This document shows, piece after piece, positions 15,338 through 29,500 of a DNA stretch of 64,000 bases; positions within the stretch are counted from its first letter, which is position 1, and the number at the start of each line of letters is the position of its first letter. Source of the DNA: Geosiphon pyriformis uo1 (taxonomy: Eukaryota > Fungi > Glomeromycota). The DNA lies in contig JAAOMT010000289.1 in the NCBI GenBank assembly GCA_016748015.1, positions 383,639 through 447,638 on the forward strand. The letters run 5' to 3'. The position numbers were made by a program, and so were the translations under genes. The notes under the pieces are model-generated. The model worked only from the letters and a program-made list of their open reading frames with translations, was not told the DNA's origin and did not search any database.

Positions 15338-18300
15338 TTAATCTTGTCTTATTCTTAAAAGGCTATTAACATTAGTGTGTAGTTTTTCTAGTTTGTGATG
15401 TACAATATACTTGTAGTCTATTAGGAAATTATTCCATTAAGACTGTTTAATACTTGTTTAATTTTCTTTTTATTGGACCATTTAAGACCAATATTGTTAG
15501 TTATAATATCAAATTTTTTTTCATTCTTCAGGTATTGTTAAAAGTATTTAAAAGCCCAAATAACTATGGTAGCTTCTAATTCAGTTGAGCCATATTTAAG
15601 TTTTGTTGGTTTAAGTGTTCTACTAGCATAGGCAATGATTTGCTCCTAGCTATTTTCATTTAATTGTGATAGGATAGCACCAAATACTATGTGTAAAGCA
15701 TCAATGGCTAGTTAAAACTGTTTGTTGAAGTCTGAGTAAACAAGAACTGGGGCTGTTGTCAATTTGGTTTTGAGGGTTTCAAAAGCTTTCTGCTGTTCTT
15801 CAATCTATTAATATGGCACATTTTTGTTGATAAGATAATTGAGAGATTTGGCAATTTCTGAGAATTTTTTTATAAATTTCTAATAGTAGAAGACTAATTC
15901 TACAGATTCTCATAGCTCTGTGGTATTTTTGGATATTTGAAAGTTTTTGACAATACTGATTGTTCCAGAATTTGGTTTGACTCCATTTTTGTTAACTATG
16001 TGTTTAAAGAAAATTAAACTTGTTTTTCCAAAATGATATTTCTCAATATTCAATTTTAATTCTGCTTTCCATAATCATTGAAAAATTTTTTGCAAGTGGA
16101 TAAAATAAGCTTCAAAACTTGGTGAATACATATTAGTATTATCAAGATAAACAACTACTGATTGCCATAAAAGTCTTTTATATACAACATCTATAAGTTA
16201 CTGGAATATTGCTGGTACATTGCAAAGTCTAAAAGGCATAACATTAAATTCATAATTTTCTCCTTGGGTGGTAAATACTGTTTTGGATTGATCTTTTGGA
16301 TCTATTTCGACTTGTCAGTATCTACTTTCCAAGTTTAAAGTTGAGAAAAACTTGGTTTTTTCTAAAGTATTTAGCATGTTATCAATCCTTGAAAGAGGGT
16401 AAGCATCTTCAATTATAACATTATTTAATTGTTAATAATCAACACAAAATCTCATTTTTCCATTTTTTTTTTGACAAGAACTACTGATAAGACCTATGGA
16501 CTTCTTGATAGTTGAATCAATCCGTTATTGAGTATTTTTTGGATCTTTTCTCTGATAAATTGGTGGCTAGCAGGTGGAATTCAGTAAGCTTATTGACATT
16601 TTAGTAAAGCATTTCCTATATGAATCTGATGTTGGACAATATTAGTTTTTCCAAGATTATTGTTGTTTTTTGCAAATATATCTGCAAATTCAGCTATTAG
16701 TTGTTTCAATTGTCTTTGTTGTTGGGATTCTAAGAAACTCATGTTAATTTGAGAGAGTTTTTCATCCAAAAAGTGGTAGTTTTTAGTAATAGAAGTGATG
16801 TTTGGATTTGGAAATAGAGTATGTCTTACAATTTTGATGAAATTAGAAACAATTTGAAGGTTTTTATTTTGAAAGATGTTACTATGTATAATTTCAATTT
16901 CTTATTTAATAGAACAATAAGATAGTTGTTGGGGTTGTAAAATATAACTCAAAATTTTTTCATTCCTTTTGGTATATAGACATTTGAAATTGAGATTTTA
17001 TGTTTTAAACAGATTTGTTTATTGAATTCAAAGATTTGTTGGGTAGTAGTAGGTTTTGAGCAAGTGTAGATTTCATGATGTTCTCTAAAAAGTGAAATAG
17101 TAATTGGTTGAAGAAGTTAAAGAATCTGGTAAAATTCATTCTGTGTATTAAGAGCTATATTTACTAAAACTGTGAATTGCCCAATTGAACCAAGATCTTG
17201 TGTTCTTCTTTCACTTTTTCCTAATTGTTCTTTGCTGTTAACTGATTGTAAACTCGAAATGTTGATTAAGGGTAGATAAATTGCTTAAGCAATCTTTTCA
17301 GCATGTTTAATCTTAAATAGTTTGTTTGTTTCATTTTGTAACATAATAGTAATGTCTCTAGTGTATCTTGCATCTATAACTTCTCCTCTAACATTAATTT
17401 CTTTGTTTGCCAATGATAATTAGGAAGCAATCTGTACTATTGCTCTTAATAGAATTTCAAGAGCAATTTTTAGATTAATTTTGATTAAAGATTTTGGCTG
17501 AAAGACCAAAGTATCTTTTCCTGGGTATCATAGATCATATTCAGCATTTATATCATGGGCTTTTTCTGGTTTGATTTCTTGACCATTATTGTTTAAGTAT
17601 TTGAGTTGTAGGACTGGTTGATTTTCAATAAGATAGATTAGTGTTGTTGCAATTTTTTCTTTTGTTTTAGGTTTTCCAAATTTAATTTTATATTCATTAT
17701 TTTTACTGGGCAGAAGAATGCTAATTGCATAACATTTTAAACATCATTGGTCATTACAAGACATAGTATATTTTTCAAATAATTGAATGTTTATTTGCTC
17801 TAATCATTGAATTTGAGCTTTTTTAGTTGGATAGACATGACTTGTAATTTGGTGGTATGTTTTTATTTCATCTTCATAGTTGAATCCAGCTAATTTTATT
17901 GTGTACTCAATATACTCAGCTTTTTTTATTTGGCAGACATCTTTCTGTATAGCTCTATTAATTAAAGCTATTGCTAAGTCAAAGATCATTTCAGCATTAT
18001 AAAGGTAGTAATAGAGTTTGTTGAAAGCACTGTTGTATATTGTATTAAAGAGTGTTCCTTTTTTGACTTTTTTCGAAATTGATAGGGCATATTGACAGGT
18101 TTGATCACATACTTCTCTTTTTATTGCAATATTAATCCAGTTGTATTCTTCTGATAGCATATCTCTACATGTAAAACAAGAAGTGTTGTCCTATTTTCCA
18201 CTTATTTTGGAATATTCAAATTGTTCTCTATGGCATACTTTACAGTAGTAACAGATGTGAATTTTATATTTCTTTTCTGGAGAAATACATGCTCTCATTG

Positions 18301-20949
18301 ATGAAAATTTTTTGTTGCAATCTTTGTATTTAAGTAAAATGTAAAAGGGTTGTTTCTATGGTTCTAATGTAAAGTATCTAACTACATTTCATTCTCTGGT
18401 CTCCTCAAAAATTTTTTGTTCTGTTTTCTTAGCCTAATTGGATGGTGATTCAAAAGCCATAAAGGTTTCAATAATTGGTAGTTTTTTTTTCTTTTCAAAT
18501 TCGAATACTGGGGCTTTTTCATATTTTTTATTAAAAGTACCATAGGTAATAAGTACTCTGATGTATTGTCCTTGGTATGAAATTTTTAATTCTTGGGTTT
18601 CCCAATCTAAATTTGTATTGGTCTTAAGAAGCCAGCTATTTCTGACCAAAGCTTAATATTAAGATACATCTATGACTAAAACTTTGACTGAAATGATAAT
18701 TCTATTAATGGTAAATAGGAAATTGTCAATTTTTCCTACTGGTGTTTTTTTTATGCCATCAGTTGTAACAATTACTGTTTGAACTAATCTGTTAACATTT
18801 TGATTAAGTTGTTGCATTAATTGATAAGTAATAATACTTTCAGCAGATCCACTGTCTAGAATCAAATGGATTTGTTTTCCTTTTACTTCAGCTTTAGTAT
18901 ACATAGCAGTAATTGTTTTTTGCTCATTAACTGCTGTATTATTAAGCAAGAATGATAATTTATTGGCTTCAAATTCAAATGAAAATATATTTAAAAGGTT
19001 GGTATTTTAAGCAATTTGAACTGGTAGAATAATATTGTTAAAAGGATTTAATCTTGGTGCTGCAGCTTTACCTTCAAAAAGTGCAGTTTGCTGAAAATCC
19101 GATTCTTCTGGCATTGTAAGGTAACTGAATTAAGTGTAATAATAACTGGGTCTTTGCTGTACAGAATTTCGAAGAACCAATTAGTTGTTGGAATTAAATC
19201 TGTTGTTGTTTGTTAAAAAATGATTTTGTGGTGTGAATTGACTATGTTAAACCAATTTTTGAACTGGTATTTGATATTGTTGTGTAGATGGTTGTTGATA
19301 TTATTAGATTGGTAAAGGTTGTTGATATTGCTGCTGAAGAGCAGACTGATAGTAATTGTTTTGCTGTTGGAATTTTAAGGAATAGTAGACTAGTGGTAGA
19401 GGCTAATAATAAGATTACTGTGTTGAAAAGTAATGTTAATTACTCCTGTTTTGTTGGTCTTTTTGTAGCTTTTTGTAATTTCGTTTCCAATGTCTTGAAA
19501 TTCCACAATAATGACAACTTTGGTTTTGGCTGTTTGATAATGATGAGTAGTTGTTTTGGTTTTGGTTTTGTTGTTGTGGTGGCTAATATTTTTGTGGTTG
19601 TTGCTGTTGTTGTTGGTTGGTGAAATAATTCTCAATTTTTTTTGTAAGTTGGTCAATTTTTTCTTCAGCTGCTGAGCTGGTTTCTCCAATAGCAAGATTT
19701 ACAAGTTTGGTGTAATTTGCTTTTTCTATTGCCATTTCATAGTTCTTTGTGTGTCGGATTGCTGTAGTCAAGTCTTCAAGTAAATGTGAATGCACTTTTT
19801 TTATGAGTTTATTTTTTAATTCAGCAATAAATTGATTCAAGATTTGGGCATTAGAATAGTATTTATTGGTTTCCAACTGGCAAATTCTTCTAAGAAGTTT
19901 GTTAAACTTCCTTAAGTAGGTTATGACTGATTTACTTGGTTCTTGTTTGATATTGTGAAAGCAATTTCAGAGAGTGATAGAGATATTGTTGTCAGTGAAT
20001 TGTTGTAAAAAAGCATCTTTAAATGCTTGCCAGTTTTTAAATAGTTTAGTTAAGTTTTCAAATCATTCTTCTGTTGTCTCTTGGAGAAAGTATGGAATTG
20101 TTTTTAACATCCTGGCTGCAGTTTATCTATTTGCATCTCCTGCTTTCTGAACTTTGTCAAGCCATTCTTGTGGACTGGTATCATTATTTTTACCAGTAAA
20201 TTCAGGAATCTTTGCAATGTAAGCAGCTGTCATTTCTTCTTTGTTTTCTGTAGTTTCTTCTTGTTTTGATTCAGTTTTTTTACTTTTCAAGTTCTCTAAA
20301 TGATTACTTTTGTTTTCCTGTAAGTAATTAATAATATTAGTGCTAATTAATATGGGTTCCTGTTGTTGAGTGAAACTTTTAGGTAACTGAAAATTTTCTA
20401 GTCTTGAGAAACAGATAAGTGGTAAATTTGATATTTATGATTGAGCAAGTAAAATTGAAAATGAGGTGACTTAAAGTAGAAGTTTAGTGCTGGTTCCTTG
20501 TTCTAGAGTTTGCAAGTGTTTGGCAATTATCTTTGGTGTTTTTGGAGTATTTGGAGTGGTTTTTGAGTATTGTTTCAATTTTTGTTTGTTTTTGTTGCTT
20601 GTTTCCATTTCTGATTCAAAGTCAAGAGAGTATTTGAACTGTACTGGATATTTTTTTTCTCAATATTTAATAATATTAAATTAAGTTCTTGAAAGTAAGT
20701 GGCAAGTGTTTTACTGTTAAGGTTTTCAGTTCTCAAGTTGGAGTAGTATAATAGATTTTTGTAGAGATTGTTTCTAATTTCTGAAATGTTGTAATTTTCA
20801 AAAAGATAATTGTTGATACAGTTTTCAATGTATTGGTATAGTGATTTTTTAAAAATTTCAATTCCATCTTGGATGTTGAATCTTTGCTTGCAGTAAGTGT
20901 AAATTGACTGATAATACTCTAAAGTTGTTGTGTCTGGTGTGGTTACCAC
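15338..20949 (-). pseudogene. Element A gag-PR-Cys insert-dUTPase-RT-RNase H polyprotein (disrupted)
   Basis: Capsid ATG at 20233 (MTAAYIAKIPEFTG), CHYCGISRH knuckle at ~19500, LILDSGS at ~18850, dUTPase at ~17570-17190, RT VVYLDN at ~16145. Many TAA/TAG/TGA stops. Confidence 0.9.
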
Positions 20950-23526
20950 TTTGAAGTTGTTATTGCTATGTTATTTCTGTAAAAGAGCACCAAATATTAC
21001 CAAAATTTTTGATCTCTTTTCTTGGATGTTGTTAATATTTGTCTGTTGCTAATTTTACGTTTTTTGGAAGCAGTTGAACCTCCAATAACTGAATTTATCT
21101 TCAAATTATCTTTTATAATTTAAACTACTGGGCTTATAAGTAAAATAGCCAATTCTTTGCCAGTTGTTTTATGTAGTTACATTGTAGTAAATGTCAACTC
21201 TTTTCCAAGAATTGCTCATTTGGAAGCTTATTAAAAATGTGTAGTTACTTTGCTGTGAAAGTCAACTCTTCTACAGGAATTTTGTCTGTAGACTACTCTA
21301 ATAATTATAATAAGAAAAAAAAGGAAAAAATAAAAGAAATATAAAAGAAATAGAATTTGTGTTAAAAAAAACGTTTTTTATTTAAGTCTGGAGTCACTAA
21401 CAGATTACTGAAATTGGTAGCTAATCAATTTCAAAATGTTAGTTGTGCTAAAAAAATTTCAAGTACAATAATCAAAGAATTTGGTTTTTGAATATTTAAT
21501 TTTTATTTGAATATGTAAAAGGTGATTTGTTCTAATTAAGATATCTAAAGTAAGATACTATAGTAAGATATTATAAGAAGATACATTTTCTTGAAGAGAG
21601 AAGCTCTTCTTTTATACAATTTGTTATAGTACTAGTCTTTGAACTTGCACTTTTCTTTTTGCTCTAATTTTGGCGAATTAAAGATATATTTTGGTGAACT
21701 ACAAGTTATTTCTACAAACTATTAATTATTTCAGCCAATTTTTATTAATTTCGGCAAATTTTAACTATATTAAATGGTTTAGAGTATTGTGTAATTTGAT
21801 TATCTTAATTTCTATGGTACAAATCAGGTTATTAGTTGAATTGTAATATTTGATAATTTGGCTAATTAATAAGTGATAATTGAAATAATAATAATATATG
21901 CTAATTAATAATAAGAATTATGAAGATAATTTTATGCTAATTAATAGCTAAATTCTACTAGTAATACTGCCATCAACTTATTACTAGAAGTTTTTTTAAA
22001 TACAACAGAAAACTTAATATCTAATACAAAAAATTTTATTATATTAAAACTCTATTTATTTAAAACACATAATTTGGCCAATAATAATTGTCTAAAGCCA
22101 ATAAATTCAAGATTTGGAAGTGTTAAAATGTTATTATTATTACTATTCAAATTATCAAAAAAAATTTTCTTAGCTTGCCACCCAAAATATATGTTTTAAT
22201 GTATATTTTTCTAAGCATAATCTTATTTATTATATCATTTATTTCTGAGTTTGAATTTATATAGCTAATTTTGTTAGCAAATATGTTTTTTATATTTTTA
22301 ATGTTTAAAATTTCATTAATATTATCTGTTTTACTATTGACTTCACTGTTCTAAAACTTTACAAATCTAATATTATTAATTCTAATACTATTAATAACCA
22401 AAAAATCAGTAAACAACTCAATAACTTTTCTATTAATAACAAATTTCTTTGGCTTTTTATAAAACATATTACATAAATAAGCATCTTTAAAATACTTGTT
22501 TTTAATACTAAATTAGGTCTCTAATTTAATCAAACCAGAATTAAACTTACTAGTAGAAAAACTTATTAGTTTATAATTATAAACAAAAGTATATTAAAAA
22601 AAATAACTAAAAAATATAAGAAAAAAAAAAATATAGAAAATTATTTCTTTACAAAAAATCTATGCTCTTATTATAATTAAAAGATTAACAAAAAAAACTT
22701 TTTTATTATTATTTTAATTGTAATTTTAAGTTTATTTATTAAATTTTTTTGGTTTTTAATTATTTAATTAAATAATTTATAATTAATATAATATATTTAT
22801 TGTTTTTAATAATTATAATTTAATTAAAATATTTTTAATTTATTAAATAATTATTTAATTTTAATTAATTTTAATAATTTTGTTAATTTGAAAGATTTTT
22901 TTTTAATATATATTATAATTTTATATATTAAATAATATTTTGAAATAATATTAACTAAAAATAATTGTTTTTTAATAAAAATATTTAATAATAAAATTAA
23001 AATACATATTAAATAAAATTGTTTTTTTTGGGTTTTAATTATTTATAATAATTTGTTTTATTTTTTTTGGTTTTATTAATATAAGTAATTTTAATAGAAT
23101 AATATTTAATCTGTTTCTAAATTTGGTTTTATTTATTTTAAAATAACTTTTTTTAAAATTAAATAATAATATAATTATTAATATATCTAACTATTTATGT
23201 TAATTATTATTATTATTATTATTATTAATTTTTATATTTATTTGTTTTATTTATAATAAATTATTGTTATTTTTTTCTTTTTTTAATATATTTTATATTT
23301 AAACAACAATAATAATATTGTGTTTTATTTAACATATTTGTTTTTTAATAGTGTTTTTTTAAATACTATTTTTAATGATTTATTATACATTTTTTTTGAA
23401 ATATTATTTTATATATACTTATTAAATAAAGTTTTTATATAAATAAAATATAAAATTTTGTTTTATTTTTTTTATTTTAAATAAAAACTATTAAATTTTA
23501 ACAAGTTAATTTATTTTTAAAATATC

Positions 23527-25805
23527 TTTTTTTTTTATTGAGTTTAATAAATATGGCCCAACCATTATCTAGAAATTAGAACCAAACTAAGTAGTCTAAG
23601 GCTATATATGATTCACATGCTTACTACATGTAACCAGCTACTCAAGCCAGTTTAGACTATACTATGTTTGATGCACTAGAAGAAAACTTACCCAAAGAAG
23701 ACATTCTTTGAACAATCTTAAATAATATAGCATTATTATTAACTAATCCAATCAACCACTCAGTTGTCTTAAGACATCAGCTTTTATAGCAGCAGATTCA
23801 TGTTTCCAAAAAGACATCAAATTAGAAAACATATTATTATCACAAGATGACAAACTTACATAAGAGCCAGACATATCAATGTCCTCAAATCCATATTCAG
23901 TTTTCAAAATAACTATTTCTTACTCCAACTTACCAACAGCTCTGCTAAAAGTACTTATGTGAACCAAAACTTCATTGACTTTAAGGCCAAGAGCAGAACT
24001 TGAAACCAGATTACCATTAACAAATTGTTCAAAAACTTTGACCATAGAGCCAACAGGCTTAACAATAAATTCAACCAAAACAAAAAGCTTGGCCAAATCA
24101 GATTCCAAAGATGCCAGCCAAGAAAACACCAAAGAATTTTCAACAGCAACAAGAGGAGTAGAAGCTACCAAAGGAGGAAACTCAGAAAGAACAAAGGGTA
24201 CAGATGTCTTTACATAAGACAAAAAACTGACAAAATGCGATTTAAATATCTTGAAAGTCTTAAAAGAGAGAGGTAGAACAACCTTATAGTCCACAGCCAA
24301 GTGGTCCATTTCTTGACACCAAAAACAATGCCGACAACCAGGAGTTTCTTATCAGATACAGCACTTTCTTAGTATATCAGTTTTAATAACAGCAAGATCC
24401 AAATCAGCTTAAAAGTCAAACATAACCAGAGCAAAGCAAAAACAACAACCAAAATTAGAAGACTGAGAAATAAAACAAGACTGACCACCAATTTGAGAAA
24501 CCATATCACTGATTTCAAAGATAGTGTAGCCAGAAGAAAGGTTGACCAACTTGGCTTTAAACTTATCACAAGACACAATTGTTTCTTGTTGATTCATAAG
24601 GGAAAAAATCTGAACACTATCCTTGCCCACCAAAACTAACCAGTAATTAAGAGCAGATGTAGCAGCAACCAAATTTTCAAAATAGACCACAACATACTGC
24701 CAAATGCCAGCAGACTTTAGCACAACACAAGTAATCACACTAAAAATACTGAGAGCTGTCTTAATGTCAGCAACAGACACACCTAAAGACACATTATACA
24801 GTACAACAGCAACAGAAAAAAAGCCAGACTCAGGAACTACCAAGAACTTAGTAATTTTGAGGATGGCCAAACATACAGAGCTTGTAAGCTCAACCAAAAT
24901 TGCAGCTTTCAAAGACATCTGAGAAGCAAACTCTACACAAAACAGCTTCACATTGTTTTTTAACACTGACTTTGCACCCAAAAAACCATGTACTAACTGA
25001 AAAACAGCCTTAACATAAACCAATTTGATCTAAAAAGTAGCACTAGACACCAGAATAGAGGCCATTCACCCAACAAATCTTTGACAACTAGTAATAGTTT
25101 CCCAAGAACCACCAGAAGTAGCACCAGAAACTAGAAAAGAAGATGAATCAGTTTCCATCTGATCAGCCCAGTTCCCAAGAACAGATGACCTAATAAGAAG
25201 AGATTGTTTTGCTTCTAAAACTGGCAATGATCTGTTAGAAGACACCACATTTGGCAACACAGCCAGCAGTTGATCTTGGCCCATCTTGGATGACATACCA
25301 GATAATACTATGGAGATCTCATTTAAGATCTCATTGGGAATCACAAAAGAGTTTGGTGTAACAATAGCAGAGGCAAGCGACTGCCCCATTTTTCTGAACT
25401 TTTGGTCTTTTTAACCAATTTTTTTGAAGAGAAGATGCTAGCAGCATCAGATATAAAAGTCATGAAAAAGAAAACCAGCTTGTTAACTGGTCTATAATTA
25501 AACACTTTTGGGCTCTTAGTAAGGGTGGAGACAATATTGAAACTAACTCAAGTGTGTTTCTTTAAGAGAACTTTGACTGGTGAGAAACCAGCCAAAGATA
25601 AAGAAGTTGCTTTAGTGGCTACCAAAGGCAGCTTATTACGATTATTAGGTAAAGAAAAGACTTTTAAAATATTCTGCCTAGTTGCTTCTACAATAGAGAG
25701 AGCTTCTTTGGTTGAAATTTTATTAGATATCTTAGGACAAATATCAGATGCAGCTTTTTTACTTTTTGCTCTAGTTGTGGTCATAAAATTAAGAAGACAA
25801 AGAAT
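23527..25805 (-). mobile_element. ORF1-only (HAL1-like) non-autonomous non-LTR retroposon
   Basis: ~21-nt 5'UTR, then ORF1 25784-23657 (RRM-like regions plus CFWCQEMDHLAVD knuckle; disrupted), then ~120-nt 3'UTR. AATAAA runs into the poly(A). TSD aaatatcttttt at 23520-23531 and 25806-25817. No ORF2. Confidence 0.85.
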
Positions 25806-26510
25806 AAATATCTTTTTATATTTTAAATTATATATATTGGTAAACTTATAATAAAATAGCCAATTTTATATTAATTATTTTTTGTAATTATTTTATAATA
25901 AAAGTTAAATTTTTTATAAAAATTTTTAACTATAGACTTTTTAAGAATATGTAATTATTTTGTTATAATAATTAACTTTTTTACAAAAAATCTTAATTAT
26001 AAACTACTCAATAATATTAAAAAAAATTTGTTTTAAAAAAAATATTTTCCATTTAAATCTAAAATTAAATAAATTGTTACTAAAATTAATAATAGTATTA
26101 ATTATAAAAAAAAATTTGGTTTTTAAAGTAAAAAATTTATTTTATTGATTTGTTTATAACTAATTAATTAAATTTAAAATATATTTTTTTTGTTAATATT
26201 TTAATAAAACTAAATATATATTTTAACAAATTCCAAGTTATTTTAATTAATTATTAAATATTTTAATTAATTATTAAATATTTTAATAAACTATTAAGCA
26301 TTTTGGTAAATTTTTAAATATTATATAATTTAAAATATTACATAATTTAATTATTATATATTAATTATATTTCTATATTATATAAATCAAATTATTATTT
26401 AAATAATAATATTTAATAATTTGGTTAAATAATAAATAATAAATTAAAACCAATATTAAATATTAATTAATAAGAATAATTTTATGTTAATTAATAATTT
26501 AATTTAATAA
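25806..26510 (-). mobile_element. Relic A-family LTR (left remainder probably ~23440-23531), interrupted by the ORF1-only element
   Basis: Collinear decayed matches to the A LTR, e.g. cttataataaaatagccaatt vs cttataagtaaaatagccaatt, aatatttaataatttggttaaat vs aatatttgataatttggctaatt, taagaataattttatgttaattaata vs taagaataattttatgctaattaata. Confidence 0.75.
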
Positions 26511-29500
26511 TTCGTTAAAAAATTTTAAGATATAAATTTAATAGTAAAACCCAGTAATTTGTAATCAATTTTTTTTATTATATAATATATTTGAATTTTA
26601 AGTGTTAATATTTTTGTTTAAAAATATATATCTTAAAATTATTATTGTTGTTTTTGTTTTGTTTTTTTACTTTTTATGTTAATAATAATAATAAGTTTAT
26701 ATTATATTAGTCTATAATATTTGATAAATTTTTAAAATAATTTTTTTTTGGTTTTTTAATTTAATAAATAGTGTTTTTTTAATATTTATTCTAAAATAAT
26801 TATTGTAACTTATATTTTAGTTTAAAATAGTATTAATTTGATCAATTAATTATTATTAATAAATACTTAATATTAAATAGTTTTTATAATATAATAATAA
26901 TATTAATTTTAAATAAAAAATTAATTTTGTTAATAAGCAACTTAGTAGTTTTATTAACAATAATATGAAATATTAATAATTTAATTAATTTAGTGATTTA
27001 ATTAGTTATTTGGTAAAAATACTGTTTATTAAATTATTATTTAAAATTAATTTAATAAATTGTTTATTGATTTTTATATTAATATATATAATAATAATAA
27101 GTTTATTATTATTAAAAATTATTTTATTAGATAGTATTTTATTAGTTTTATTTTTGTTTTATTTTTGTTTAATTTAAATAAAAATATAATATTAGTATTT
27201 ATTTTTAATTATAGTAATAAATAAAATACTATTGTTAATAAAATATAATTATAAATTATAAAAAATAGCTTTGGTTTTTAAAATAACCAAAAAACTTATA
27301 ATTTTATTAATTTAAATATTAAGTTTGAAAAATTTCCAAATTATTGATGTGGTTTTTTTGTAAATAATTAATAATATTAAAAATTAATTAATAAATAACT
27401 ATTAATCTTTAATTTTTTTAAAATAAAATGTTTTTTGGTCTTGAATTTCTGTTTTGTTATTAAATTAATAAATATAATTAATAAATAATTTGTAATAATA
27501 ATTAAGAATAATAAACAAATATATATATAAATTGTTATTATTATTATTAAAATATTAATAAATAATATAATTAAAATTAATATTGTTTTAAATTTTTAAA
27601 TTTGTAATTTGGAATTAATACCAATAATTAAAATTTTATAATTGATTTTTAATCTTTAGTTAATTAAATAAAATTTTCAATTGATTTTGTAAATATAACA
27701 GATTTTAATTATTTTTATATTTTTATTATAATTATTATATAATTTAATTAACTAAATATCTTTTTATTTTTTGAGTTATAAATTTGCCAAATTGTTTTAA
27801 TTTAGTATTTAATTTAAATATAATTTGCTTTTTATTTAGTTAATTTAAAATTTTTGGCAAATATTATAATATTTTAAATATAGATAAAATATAATATGTA
27901 TATTTGCTAAAAAATATTGCTTTGTAGTTTTTTAATAAATTAATTTAACATTTGAGAAGTTATATATAATAATTAAAATTAATTATTTAAATTTAATGCA
28001 AATTTTAATTAAAGTATTTAAGATAAATAATAATAATTTTTTTCTTTTTTTGCTTAATAAAATTAAACAAATTTTTACAATTTAATAATATTATTAAAAT
28101 TATTAAAATATTGTAAAAATATAATTTTAAATATAGTAAAATTAGTAAATTTTATAATTAAACTTTAATATTATAAGTTAACTATATTTTAAAAAAAGTT
28201 TAAAATTATTTATATTATTTTAATTATTAATAATAATAGCTTTTTTATATTATTAAGCCAAATTTATATATTGTTTTTTTGTTAATAAAATTTTTAAGCT
28301 TTAAAATTTTTTATTATTATGTATTTAATAAGTGTATCTTAACTATTACCTAAAATTATAAAACTATACAAGCTTTTATATTAAGTGTAGCTTATGCTTT
28401 TTTTATACATACTAGTTATTTGGACCAATTAAAACAACATTAAGCACTTAAACTACTTATAATTAGGAAGTCATACAAAAAATTAAAATATACAATAAAC
28501 AAACAAGAATATAAATTAAAACAAATATAAATATCTAATCTAATATTAAAATCATGAATTATTTTAGAAGATTACAAAGAAGTTAAATCAGATACAGATA
28601 AAATCATAAACTTATTACATAATAAGAAACCATGTTTTTTATAATATATTTTCAACTTGATAGTTAGTAATCACATAATAGATCTGTGATCTTTAGCAAA
28701 ACTTTAAACTAAATTAATAACCAACAATACATTATCAAAACTGCCATTCAATAAATATATCATGTTAATAACCTATTTTTTTATCACAAAGTCTTTGGTT
28801 AGCAATATATATAAATAATTAAAAGACTCAGTCTCATGTAATAATTGGATTATCACACTATTAATAACACATATACTTAGTAAATTATTCTATATTTTAA
28901 TAATTTTAGAAATTAAATTTATTTTAGTGCTATTATTATAAATACAAAAAAATATGTGGTTAAAATTCTTAATTAATTCATATTTAATACACAAAATACT
29001 GAGATAACTCAAATTATATAATTTTTTTCTCACAACTACAAGTAATTAATAATACAGAGCTTTTATAAAATAAAACTTAAGAGCCATAAAAGCAGAGCTG
29101 GTAAAATCAAATTGAATCTAACTATCAAAATGCCACATATTAAATGTTCTACTTATATCAATTATGTTATATAAAATATTATTTACTATATTGTTAGCAT
29201 ATTTGAAATTGCAATCAACAAAGCTAATAGTTTCAAAAAAACATCTAATAAAGTAACAAGCATTTTTAGTAATAAATCTGTTTTTAATGACTAAAATACA
29301 GGATAGTACTTTAACAGACAATATAAAATCAAACATGATAGCAGTATTGACAAAAAAATTAGCATGTTTATTGTCAACAACCTCAAAATAACTTTTGATT
29401 TTGTTCCAATTAATTAAAAAATTTTTTAATGTAATAATCTGGCAAATTTGTTCTCTTTTTATCTAGTATTTAGCACAAAAGTTGAAACTAACAAATTTTT

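Larger units (their letters stand above)
12082..21966 (-). mobile_element. Full-length degenerate Ty3/Gypsy LTR retrotransposon A (5'LTR 20995-21966, 3'LTR 12082-13051)
   Basis: ~970-bp direct LTRs with TG..CA-type ends and TSD ctgc/ctgc. PBS tttggtgctc at 20985-20994, PPT gaagaggagatta at 13052-13064. Gag capsid, CCHC, PR (LILDSGS), dUTPase, RT, RH and IN are recognisable. Confidence 0.95.
10460..22690 (-). mobile_element. Heavily decayed LINE-type ORF1 element (segments ~22690-21967, 12081-11559, 10756-10460), host of the solo LTR and Gypsy A
   Basis: Minus-strand translation of the segments gives decayed ORF1-like RRM text (IIRSSFT...KVIVKKISVNLFKSVVKSVFSKFDKII) and a zinc-knuckle remnant (CKQFGDISDKC). 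The text is collinear across the insertions. Ends are approximate. Confidence 0.65.
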
